A stretch of 64,000 nt of DNA, from positions 5,952,001 to 6,016,000 of the forward strand of contig NC_087437.1 in the NCBI RefSeq assembly GCF_036321535.1. The letters run 5' to 3'. Below, piece after piece: positions 35,257-47,499 of the stretch. Both the position numbers and the translations under genes were made by a program. This DNA comes from Camelus dromedarius (taxonomy: Eukaryota). The notes below the pieces were generated by a model that was not told where the DNA came from, searched no databases, and saw only the letters and a program-made list of their open reading frames with translations. Position 1 is the first letter of the stretch, and the number at the start of each line of letters is the position of its first letter.

Positions 35257-38200
35257 TTAAATGACCATCTCCTGCCCTCCTTGTTTCTTCTGAACAGAGC
35301 TTCCAAGCCCTCTGGGACGTCTGGGAAGCACTTTAACATTTCCCTGCTCTAAGGCAGTTTTAACAGATGTTTGCATGGTTAGATGCCTATTGGTAAGAGT
35401 CCAAAAGACTCTTCTCAAGACGAGGGAGGGTGCAGGGTGGAGGGAAGAAGGGTGACAGGCTTGTAAGGTAGCTTTCCAATCCCCCTCAGTCCATTCTGTC
35501 CAGAGTGGCTTCATTATTCTATTCAGAACTGACTCTTAGATTATTGGGTATCAATTTATTCTACTATAAACACAAGCACTTCTTTTAAAGCCAAATATAC
35601 ATTGATTTTACTGGGTTCTGCATGCTCTCTTCTGTACCTTTCGAAAAATCAGAGGCTGTGTATGAAGTATCAGAGAATAAAGGATGCTTTTCAAGCATAA
35701 ATCAAATAAAAAGAAAATAGTAGAACATATCCATAATCTATGATATTTCAGTTCTCCCCTGAGTTTTTGAAGCTATTTTAAAAATAATTGTAAGTAATAT
35801 TTATTAATTACTTTGTGCATTTAGAAACATGTTTTATGCCTAATGCCATTTCAACACTGTGGGATATTTTAATCTAACTTTGCCTTTCTAGAGGTTGTTT
35901 ACAAAAAAACAATAAATGCAGTACACAGAAAAGATAGGAACAGTGACAGAAGACTAGATCATGTACTATAAATTCTGAAGTAGACTGAATAAACTTACAA
36001 TCCTGAAATAAAAATACCAGAAATTAAAATCTTCACCTAGGACAACCTCACACAGGTGTCACCAGAGGAAGAATAAAACTTACTTTCATAGTTACAAACC
36101 TTACTACTTGCAAAAATCCCATTACTGCTCCTTTAAATAAATAATCACATGCATACAGTATGTCTTAGGAATTTCCTAGCATTTAAAAATTCAAAAGGTG
36201 TAAAATGTTAAGCGTAGTTGTTAAGGCAATTGCCTGTCTTCTGAACATTTTAACTGGGAAAAAAAAAAGACTTCTCTTAGAAGGGGTTGTGTTTGGCAGG
36301 CTCATTAAATGGCATTTGTGGGGAAAGGTCCTCATCTTTGGGACTCTGAGGTTATCACCTTCATGTTGTGCTTTAAAATTAGGCAGCCTGACCAGTCATC
36401 TGTAAACCAGAAGAACAGTTCTCTCTTCACCATATCAATTAGCACAGATGTTACCTTATTTATCAAGGGTTTTCCCCTCCCCACTTCCATGTGATCAGAC
36501 CAACTGATGAAACCGCCCAGCCAGCACCTGCGTGCTTTCCCGTGCTGTTTCTGGCACCAAAGTAGGCGTCTGCACACTGGCTGACCCAGACTGAGAGTGA
36601 ATTGTCCATCCTTGTACCACTATCTCTACGCTGACGCCATGATGTCCCATTAGAGACAGACAAAACATGGCGCCCTACAGCCAATCCAAGCTGGGGATCA
36701 AGCTTGGGTTAAGAAGTACTTTAAGTTACAACTGGTAAAGGAAACCAAGTGTTGGGAAGGCTCTGATGAACACAAACACGACCAATTCTGAGACTCCTCA
36801 AATTAAAAAAAAAAGTGAGAAAGAATTCTCTAAATTCCCTGATTTATTAAAACATACCTATCCCACTTTAAAAGATTTATCCCTTAAACTAATTTATAAA
36901 AACCCCAACAACTCTTGCTATTTTTTATATGTGGCTGGTGCATGCCACTGGGAAACGAGGTGAGTTTTCAGGCCTGAGGAAAGCCTGCTGCATCCAAATC
37001 CTTGCGCAGCACACGAAACCCCTGTCGGCCTTCATTCACTCCTACACACTCACTGAGGGCCACGCTGTCCGGCACAGGAGACACTGTGCTAGAGACAAGT
37101 GCCTCTAACAGCCTTGCCACGAAACACAAGCAGTTCTTCCCCAGGGAACGCAAAGGACGCATTTGCAGATAACCCAGGACATGCCCCCTATCTCAAGGTG
37201 CTGCTTCCGAAGGTTAGAGGAGGGACCCTGGAATCTGCAGTCCAAGTAGCACCAAAGCCATCGACTCAAAGGGCTGGAAGTTTCCAGAGGGTGGCAGGGA
37301 AGGCTCCACGGGACATGGGGTGCCTGGGCAGGGCCTGGAAGGAACTCTAGGAATTTTGCGGCCACACGAATCACTTTGGTCAGAAGAGACAGTGGAGCAA
37401 AACAGCACAGTGTGAGACGCCATGCGAGGTTTGAGGCCACTGAGACAGCTGTGCGTTCCTGACGGGGGCTGGGCAGGGTTTGGAGGGAGGCCCTCCGGAG
37501 GAGGCGGGACAGGGTGCACACTCTGAGGGCAGGCTGTGCCTCAGACCCGCAGGATTGGTTCCAGACAGAGGGAGCCTGGATGGGGAGCCACACATCGAGT
37601 CCGATGCTCACAGTGAGAAGGCTGGTGTTACCAATACTCAGGATGGATGCATGTGACCATTAATAAAATGGACTTACGCTAAAATTTCTGATTAACGTGG
37701 TATTGTTACTGAACGGAGTACTGAGAACTCGGTGACTCAACCAAGAGCAAAAAATTAATCTTATATGATCTTTATCTTCATTTCCGCAGCCCAACTGAAT
37801 TCAGATGCTGCAGGTCAGGCCCAGAGTAGAGGCAGTTCTGTTATAATGCTTGTTTTGAAAATGTGAATTTGTTCCAACAAGACTGATGGATTAGGGGACA
37901 ACAGAGCGTAGCGTGACCTCCATGTTTGCTTAGACACAGCTGCATCCACAAGAAACCTGAGGTGGATGCAGAGCACCGCGTGGAGCCGGACCCGGCACGC
38001 AGGAATACACACAACGCAGACACGTGCACACTGCGCACACAGGCCACGACCTCAGCGCACACCGTGTGTGCCAATGGGCGGCACCCAGGACGCAGATCTG
38101 CCCGATTCCAGAGAATCCTCCTTCCACTGCTCCCTGGTAGCTCATGGGCTGCAAACTTTCCAACATTCACTGCCCCAACCAAGCTTCCGGTCTCTTTCAA

Positions 38201-38729
38201 GGTCAGGGGCGATATTTATTGTAGCATTTATTTACTCTGTAATCATTTTAACACGTGCAAGACCAAGCTGCCACCTTTGCTAGGTTCCGACTTTACGTGT
38301 CACTGATGCAGTTTTTGAACGTTGTTTCCCCAATCCCATTTCCCCCACGAGTCTGGTGGTTTCTAATGCATGATTTTGCACAGCACGGTGATTTGGGGGA
38401 AGATAGAAACTGCTGACAACAAAATGGACTACTCCGAGGATGCCTGTTCATTTGAAGGCAAACATACTGGTGACAAAGTGCTAGATTTTCCCACAAAGGT
38501 AACTCTGCAGACGAGCTTCATTCTGGAGATCGCGGTGGCACGCGGTAGGGCTGACGGAACTCTGACTCTGCAGGGAGGAGCTGGGGCTCCCTTGTTCACT
38601 CCACGTCTTCCTCCCCAGAGGACCCTGCCGCCCAGAGCCTCCTCCCCGGGGGACTCTGACCCAATCCAGAGCCCCAGGAAGGCCTGGTCTGTCTTTCTCC
38701 CTCTCTTCTTGCTTCCAACCAGAGGAAGC

Positions 38730-38890
38730 ATCAGCTCCAAACCTCAGCTACACATTTGAATAATCTGGGAAGCTTTTAATGACTACCAAGACCCAAGCCT
38801 CATCTCAGAGATTCTGATTCATTTCTGTCACTTGTCTTTTTAAGCTTTTCAGGTGATTCTATTGTGTAGCTGGGAGTTGGAAGCCCTTTG
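38730..38890. mobile_element. MER5-like relic
   Basis: GAATAATCTGGGAAGCTTTTAA...CAGAGATTCTGATTCA...CAGGTGATTCTATTGTGTAGC. Confidence 0.65.
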
Positions 38891-40081
38891 GACTTCTTGG
38901 CGCTAGTAACTTGTTATTATTTGTATCAGTTTGAGTCAGAATCTCAGTTACACTCAGCTTAAAGCATCCTAAACCATGACAGTCTCTTCGTAATGAGAGG
39001 CAAGTTCTGGCATTGAAACAGTCTTTACATTTAATCAGTCCACCTCAGAAACTTCAATCTCGATTCCTGGCAAAGGAATTAGGCTCATTTACTTGAGAAA
39101 AAGATCTCGTGCCTACCCAGCCTTCAAACCTGATTCTCAAGACTTTCATCAAGGGTATCAAAAAAGGAGTTTAATCACAGTACAGACTACGGATGAGTGG
39201 CTCTGACTATAGACGCTGAGGAAAAAATCCAACATTCATTTATCCTGGCCAATAAATAGCTATTAATAGTCCAGCTGGGTGATATTAAGGTTTGCTGTCT
39301 AGAGATGGATTCAAGATTTCTATAAACGTTAGCATTATTATCTAATGGTTCCTTGATGGCTTCATTCTTATTTTCCTTAATTTCATTTTCCAAGGTGTTA
39401 TCCTTCATATTTTATAAAACATGTATCTTGCCATGAAGGATAAGAGATGCCCAGACCGAGAAGACTGCCCAGAGTCCAGACCGCGTACATCCTGATGTTA
39501 AGTGATGTGGCAGCATTTCTGTTCATTCGAGACCGACTGGAGCGTTATTCTGCATGTTGAGGCCTCTGTCATTTTTGGACTGTGTGGTGGTGGGTGTGTG
39601 TATGTGGGGCCGGTGAATTACATCATTTGCCAGGTCTTTCCACTTCCTTGTGAGTGGAATCCTTGAGAGATTTGAGGGGACTCAAGAACTCAGGGCAGTG
39701 TTGCAAACTTTCAAGACCTCCTTTATAATTCTGTCCTCACTTTGGGATGGCTTCCAAAGAGAAAAAGTGAGGACGATCATGACGTCAGAGTGATCACCTG
39801 AGAGTGACTCTAGATGCCAGCCTGAGAGGCTTTCCTGTTGCAGGGACAAGGTGTGGGTGGGAAGGGTTTATTTAATAAATAAATGCACAATGCAAAAAAG
39901 AGAAAGATAAGAAGCATGGAAGCAGAATAATAAGAACATCGAAGGTGAAAAAACAACTCAGAAATATGACCAGAAAGCCAGGAGTCAGTCTGGTCGGGGG
40001 TCTAGGCATCAAGGGTGGGGTGGGGCTGGGGGAGGAGCAACCCCCTTCATAACTGCTTTTCCAGTTGAAATAGTTTTCTTT

Positions 40082-40703
40082 TTTTTTTTTTTTAACATTT
40101 TTTTTGATTTATAATCATTTTACAATGTTGTGTCAAATTCCAGCGTTCAGCACAATTTTTCAGTCATACATGGACATATACACACTCATTGTCACATTTT
40201 TTTTCTCTGTGAGCTACCATAACATTTTGTATATATTTCCCTGTGCTATACAGTATAATCTTGTTTATCTATTCTACAATTTTGAAATCCCAGTCTATCC
40301 CTTCCTGCCCTCCGCCCCCCTTGCAACCATAAGTCTGTATTCTCTGTCTATGAGTCTATTTCTGTCCTGTATTTACGCTTTGTTTTTGTTTGTTTGTTTT
40401 TGTTTTTTAGATTCCACATATGAGTGATCTCATATGGTATTTTTCTTTCTCTTTCTGGCTTACTTCACTTAGAATGACATTCTCCAGGAACATCCATGTT
40501 GCTGCAAATGGCGTTATGTTGTCGGTTTTTATGGCTGAGTAGTATTCCATTGTATAAATATACCACATCTTCTTTATCCAGTCACCTGTTGATGGACATT
40601 TAGGCTGTTTCCATGTCTTGGCTATTGTAAATAGTGCTGCTATGAACATTGGGGTGCAGATGTCATCCTGAAGTAGGGTTCCTTCTGGATACAAGCCCAG
40701 GAG
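40082..40703 (-). mobile_element. Young 5'-truncated L1 with uninterrupted ORF2 C-terminus
   Basis: ORF 40407-40694 [55 protein letters not shown]...RSLICGI. Perfect 16-bp TSD TGAAATAGTTTTCTTT at 40066-40081 and 40704-40719; pure polyA tail. Confidence 0.95.
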
Positions 40704-41468
40704 TGAAATAGTTTTCTTTATTCTTTTCTCCCTCGTCTTCCAGTGTCACCCATAACTTTTTAGAATTTCATATAAAGCTAATTTGTCCATGGCTTAACTA
40801 CAATCATCGCTCTTTGAATTACTGCTGTACGTTTCTATCTACTGACCTAAGTAACTTTGGAAAATGATGTTTTGACTGGACACAGTAAGACTATTGACAG
40901 GACTGCACTAAGCCGGTCACAATTCCGAGGGAAAGGACGCATGGCTTTGCCACCATCTTAGATAAAAAGGTTGTGTGCGAACTGGATTATATTATCTTTT
41001 TTTGGGGGGGGGATTATATTATCTTCTGATGATCCACATATTCAAGGCTTTTTAAAATCCTTCAGCCACATTGTAGTGTTAGGACTGAGAATGGTCTTGG
41101 TGGCTGCTTTTTTATGTATCTGAAAGAGTTGCTCGTGACCAACTGTCCTTCACAAGCAAACACCCCAGAGGAAGGTCAGACTTACATGAGCAAAGTTTAC
41201 TAATCAAATCAAATACAAGTTAATCAGATGCATTTGTAATGACAGACATGCTAATTTTAAGAGGCTTAATAAAGCGTGAATGGTGAGTGCTCTGTGTAAA
41301 TTATTGTGTTTCTTATTATCCTTATGGTCAAATGAATTTTATTTTTCTTTTCTCATCTTATTAGTTTCTAGTATCAATGCCAACATGTTTTCCTGGTACC
41401 ATCCTTTTTTTGTTTGTTTCCTTTGTTCCTTAATGAGCTACGTAAAGCCTTAAACATGTACTTATTGT

Positions 41469-41597
41469 ATTTTTTTTTATTTTGGGGGGATGTAATTAGG
41501 TTTATTTATTTATTTGTTTAAATAGAGGTACTGAGGATCAAACCCAGGACCTTGTGCACGCTAAGCACGCGCTCTACCACTGAGCTATTCCTTCCCC
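41469..41597 (-). mobile_element. tRNA-derived SINE (Vic-1-like)
   Basis: SINE body plus AAACCTAATTACATCCCCCC tail on the minus strand. Confidence 0.9.
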
Positions 41598-43609
41598 ATC
41601 GTTGTTCTTTTTTTTCTTTTTTTCCAAATCATCACAGCCATGAAATAGAAAGATCCTGAATTTTTCCAACAATGGAAACTCCCTCTTGGGGCCCTTACCA
41701 ACCTAAAACATGCTTTTAGTTAGGAAAAGTCACCTCCTTTGGGTGCAGGGCATGGGGAATGGGTACTACCTTTGTGCAGAGGAAGAAACCGCCCCTTCTC
41801 CAGGCCCACCCGGCCCCAGACGTGGGCACCCTGCTTAGTGGGCAGCGGGCGGGTGGGGTTCAGTTTTCGTGCCCACCTGCCCCTCAGCAGGACTCCTGTC
41901 AGCAGTGCACAGGCTGCTCTGGCGAGTTCCTGCAGCTCTGCCCGATCCTCCCCTGCTGGTGTGGGAGCTTCCAGGTGCTTACCACCCGGTACCAATGCCT
42001 GCCACACGGGCATCTTGGAACAGCAGGCTGGGGGGAAGACAGCGGGTTCAGGAACAGGAGGAAGCTATGGAAACGGCGCCAAAGCCCCTGCCTGACCCTC
42101 CCTGCACAGCAGCTCGGCCTGAGGAGCAACCACAAAGGCGTTCTTTAGCCTTAGGGTTTCGAGGCAAGGTGGAGGCTGCCTGACATAGATCCCTCCTTGT
42201 TCAGAAGGCCTAGAATTCCTACAATGGGAGCAAAAGCGCTCTTTCTGGAATGAAAACCCAGTGGATTAAAAATGTCTTCCCTTGAAAAGTAAACAAAGGT
42301 GCTATGGCGAATAAGTGATAAGACGCTAAGGGCCAAAGATTTAAAAGCAGGAGGACGCCGGGTAGGAGGGGCTGGCGATGCCATCCAGGCGGACTGCCTG
42401 CAGCCTCCTCTGTCTGACCTCCATCTGCACAGGGCAGTGGGAGCCCACACTCCCTTCCCTGCAGTGTGCACGTGCACTTCCGGGCACCAATGACTGTCCC
42501 CAGGGCAGGGCGGCATTAAAAGATGAAATAAATGTCAAGTTTCAAGAAAGGGCATTGGAGGGGAGCAAATGCTACTACCAAAGGCACATTTAATTTAGCA
42601 TAATTCAAACGCACAGGAATTTCTGGCCGGGGATTCTAAACACTTCTCATTACTTCACTTGAGCTCTCCCCAAACTATCATTCCTGCCTCCAGGGCAGTG
42701 ATCAGCACGGTCCAGGCATCTGGGCATTTCCTGGAGATTAAGGGGCTGAGGACAGATGGTGGAGGAAGAGGGCCCAGCATGAGGGGATAAGTGTCTCACT
42801 CATTCCCCCAAGGGCTAATACTCAGTCAAGTTTCAGCACTCCGTTTCCTGTGCTTCTGCTTTAATAGGCGCCTCAAAAAATTTTTTTATTATTACGTGAA
42901 CTGAGGACGGCAAAAAGACGGAGACAGAAGGACAGGACACTCCTACCAAGACACAAGCTCCACCTTCCCTGACCTGGGGCTGACACACTGGCAGAAAGGC
43001 TTGTTAATGTGAACACAGTTCAATATAACCTCGAATGACTGACTACATGTCATGGATCAAATATCTGAGTTCATTTTGACTTTCAGTTCAAATTCCTATC
43101 ATGAGACTTAAAAGAAGCTAGAAAAACTGCTAATCTTTAAATTCATTTTATATATCTACTCATTGCAATGAACTGTATTACATGGGGATGTATTTTTACA
43201 CGGAACTGTGTTTTAATCCAGTCATCATCAGTATTATTGATAAAATTCAATGAGAGATTACAAATATAGATTTATTAACTGAAAAAAATCCTATAATTAG
43301 ATACTGTCTAGATACCAGTTTTCAATTCCATTCAGAAGTCCCTAAAAATCCATTCCAGTAATCAATACTTTCCACGTAATAGATCTTAGGAAGGATACAT
43401 CACTGACTGAGGAGAGAATCAGATAACTAGGAAGAATCTGACTCCTTGAGAAGGCCACTGCTCAATCTCTCTCTTCCAACTACCAATCCAACTCAAGCTG
43501 CCTAAAAATCCACATGTAAAACATCACTGATAAAACGGAACTGGCTCTTTTCAAATGCAAATTCTTCCCAGAAGCATCTCGGCAATGACTACTTTGGGGA
43601 TACCTGGCC

Positions 43610-44035
43610 TGTCACAGTGCCCAGTCACAGGCTTCCACCACCTTTCCCACTGCCATGGACTCCTGGCACCTGTCCTCTTACTGACTGGGTTCAGAGTGGG
43701 CAGGGATTTAATCTGGCCAACCAATGAGACGGGAGGGAAAGCCTGCTGGGGGGCTTGCAGGCCGACTTCTCTAGAAGATGCCGAGTGTGTTGGGGGGAGA
43801 CAGGATACACACCTGGTTCTTGGTAGCCCTCTTGAGAAAGATGATTGCGGGTGGGTTGAGGACGAAGCCGAGACACAGAGGTGGCAGCATGGAAAGCTGG
43901 CGACACCAATCTACAGCTGAATTAGCCAACCCCAGACCTGCCCATCTCAGGGCTCTTGTTATCTGAAACAGTAAGCAACGCACTTCCTCACCTGAGACTG
44001 GAATTTCTCTTATCTTTACCAAAAGCAACTGCATA
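43610..44035 (+). mobile_element. Old MaLR LTR relic (MLT1I/J/K-like)
   Basis: ATCTGGCCAACCAATGAG...CTGCTGGGGGGCTT...GCCAACCCCAGACCTGCCCATCTCAGGGCTCTTGTTATCTGA resembles old MLT1 LTRs. Confidence 0.5.
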
Positions 44036-44589
44036 TAATCCCAGCTGTTTTACACTCTGCCGGGGGCCTGAGGGAGAAGAAAACACGTACACAGACATTC
44101 AGTACCCACCACCACCACCTGTCCCGGAAGGCGCGGGGCCTTCCTAAGGAAGACGATGGCGGCATTTACTGGAAGAAGAAGTATGTCTGTGGTTCGAGTC
44201 TAATCTCTCAGAATGAAGCCTGTCTAGACCAATGAAGTCCTGCGGTCTGTCTTCTGAATCCCTATCATTTACTGTCTTTACTGCTCTATGGCATTAAGCC
44301 ATCTAATGCCTCCTTGGGTGATGAGTTATATTTTTATTTAGTTTAATTGTTACTTAACTTTTGATGTGTTTCTGCCTCCCCCAATTTCACTGTAAGCACA
44401 TTCAACGGCGCTGCTCTTTTACATTTCTTATATAGAGATGACTTAAATTCCAGCTTCTAGAACATGACCTGACTAGATTAGGTGATGCTCAGGTTGTCTA
44501 TACTTTCAGAAGGATGAGTCTGCTTTCCAGTCTGTTTTCATTTGTCTGAGACGTTTTTGTTATTTTGTTGTGATAAAGGATCGATCAGT

Positions 44590-44732
44590 GAGAAGGGGCT
44601 CCAAGATGGCAGAACAGATGGACGCAGAGCTCACCCTCTTCCACAGATTCATCAAAAATAATCTACCTGTGGAACAATTCTCACCGAATACCTACTGAAT
44701 CCTGGCAGAAGATCTCATACATTCAAAGCTAC
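44590..44732 (+). mobile_element. Isolated L1 5'-terminal fragment
   Basis: CAAGATGGCAGAACAG...GAGCTCACC...CATCAAAAATAATCTACCTGTGGAACAATTCTCACCGAATACCTACTGAATCCTGGCAGAAGA resembles recalled laurasiatherian L1 5'UTR starts. Confidence 0.7.
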
Positions 44733-47499
44733 AAGGATAGATTAATAACTAGGTTAAAAATAAATTCTATTAGTATGACCGTGGCCTATGTTCAAACCAC
44801 CACAGGGCAATGATGAGTGCGTGCAGGAGTCACGATGACACAGGGTGAGCACCCCCAGTGGTGCTGGGAGCCTGGGCACGGTGGGTCGCTCATTACACAC
44901 CTTGTTTTATGCAGGGATTTTCAGCTCACACAATTTTGATTTTCTGTGGTTTAGAGACGATTCTGAACTATTTATAAGTTCAGATCTTTGGAGCTTGGTA
45001 TGTAATTATCACAAAGCAAATTGTCCTGCAGGTCATTAGGAATTTGGGAAAAAAATCGCTTAACTGGCTAATGTGCTTAAACTCTAGAACTTATTCACAT
45101 CTGCAAGTCAATTTTTGAGTTTTTCTTATATTCCCTATTCTTTAACTTTAGCAAAGACACTCTTGGAAAACAACTGGGCGACAGTCATAGAACATGACTA
45201 GCGGAGCTAAAACAAGTGAAAACTTATTTACCAATCAGATGAATGACCAACTCAAATAGATTTCTAGAAAACTAAGTATTGGATGTCATTTACATCACCG
45301 TGGAAAATAAACCATTTAAAAAATTTAAAAGTATCAAAAATTTCAATTTCCTCTAGACTAAAATAATCAGAGCTTGGTTAAAACCTGGACTGAATTAGGT
45401 GAGCCCTAAAGACTCTTTCGGGAAAGAGAGCAGAGGGAAAACTGTTTTCATGAATAAATCCCAATCCTCAAAGCAATACTACTGATAGTGAAGGGAGGTC
45501 GAGTCGTAACACTTCCTACTACTTTGGTCACATTTCAGAGAAGTAGTATAATGGTGCTGCTGATAAACATACAGCACAAAGCTTAATTTGTGACCTCTCT
45601 CCAGGATTAGCTGAGTTTTGTGTTCTTTTATTATATGACCAGACCAGGGGCACCAACAGGAGTAGACATAATACATATTCACTTAAAGAAGAGAGCCTGT
45701 GGATTACAGAAAGGCGTCCTATGAGACGTGAAAAGGCAACAGTGAGAGTCTGAAAAAAGTTCTATGACCTAATATACGATTCTTGTCCAAAATACATCAC
45801 ACTTCTATTGATGTCTCATATCATCTCTCAATGATTAGATTAGAAACATTATAAGCAGATTTCATCACTCTTGGGTTGACAGCTACTATGAGATTACCTG
45901 TTTTAATGTCCGTTTTCAACTGCTATTGGAGTCTTTTGTCAACTGACATCAGCAACTTCTTCCAACTATACTTCAATTGAAAAATAATAATGAAATAAAA
46001 ACCAACTATACTTCAATTAAAAACTTAATTAAAAAAATTTCTTGACCCTTGGACACTTTAAAAGATCAACTGAGTCTTGAAATCTGAAAGGTATTGTATG
46101 GTTTAAGGCACTGGGGACCCAAAGCAGGAGATATCTTTGCTTCAATTTCTGGCCACTTGCTGTGTGAGAAACTGATGAAGATGATGATCATGTTAATGAA
46201 AAGTTATCTTGGAATTCTCTGAGGGCTTGGACTATCCCTGTCACACCAGCCAGGCCGGGAATGAAAGCAAAGTGGGCTCAAGGATGACAGATGCCTAGTC
46301 ATGGGCTCTGGTGCCGAGGGACCTCTCTGGTGGCAGCATATGGCTCCCATGGAAGAGTGCACCCCAGCTATGGGCCTGGACACTTTCCAGCTGTGCGTTT
46401 GGCCATGATGAGCAACAATCTCAGCTTAATTCAATTAGGGTTGATTCCTCACTCATCCTCCACATCTAGCACGGGTTGGCAGGGGGGCTCTGCTCACTGT
46501 GCCCGAGGGAAGGGGACCGGCGTGGAAGGTCTTGCAGTGGCAATCCGCACACACCCCGCCACTCACAGCTCACTGGATAGAACTGTCATGTGGCTCTGAC
46601 AGATCACAGGGGACAAGGGGTGGAATCCTATCAAGGGCATAGACTGGGAGAGAACTGGAATTATTTGGCAAAGAGCATTGACTACAACATATTATTATTG
46701 ACTACAACATATAAAATAATAACCTATTATTTGGAAAACCATGGGCTTTCCCTGGAAAATGTCTGTCTGCTTACTTGCCACAAGTTAGGAAATACATTAC
46801 ATTCTGAACAATAATTGGGCATTCTGTTTCTCAATTCAGAGCAGGTCTAAGTAGAGAGTTACACTTACTCTATTTCTGTTTTTTGCTCCACTCCTCAGTT
46901 TTAAGTCACAGCATCACCATAGAGAGAAGCCATTGATTGGTGTCACTGACGAACCCACATGCCACCAGAATATGACAGAACAAACACGAAACATGTCTCC
47001 ACATGCCTTCTCATTTGTTACTCCTGATTCTGGTTCTTCACGGACACGCTCTCTGAACAGGCAGACAGCTTCTCTTCTAATTTATGCCAATACACTGTAT
47101 TTTTGTTGGGATTTGTAGTTATTATTTGTAATCTCAGTTATACATGTACCGTGTGGAAGAGTCAAAGGTTCTCCGAGGCTTGTTATGAACAACCGTTCAC
47201 ACAGCCCCACCCTCCACTTCCTGCCCTCCTCCTCGCAAGCCACCACTTTCAATTCTTTCGCCCATTTTTTTCACCTCTATTGCTCGAGCTTATTTTGCCA
47301 CCCCTTGATTTTTCTAGACAATATTCATCATTAGAGATTTGCTACGACGGAAGGTGAAGATGTAGCACTGTTGCCCAACCCCCATGACCCCTCTGCTCCC
47401 AAGGCCAACACACAAACCCTCCCCAACTTCTCAACAGGATTTTATCATGACTAACAGTCAACAGACTTACACTCTGATGTCTCCGTGAATTCGAGCCCT

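Noticed and set aside
46677..46712. Direct repeat ATTGACTACAACATAT x2 (similar 12-bp duplication at ~32741-32764)
   Set aside because: Ordinary slippage-type micro-duplications with no further structure.
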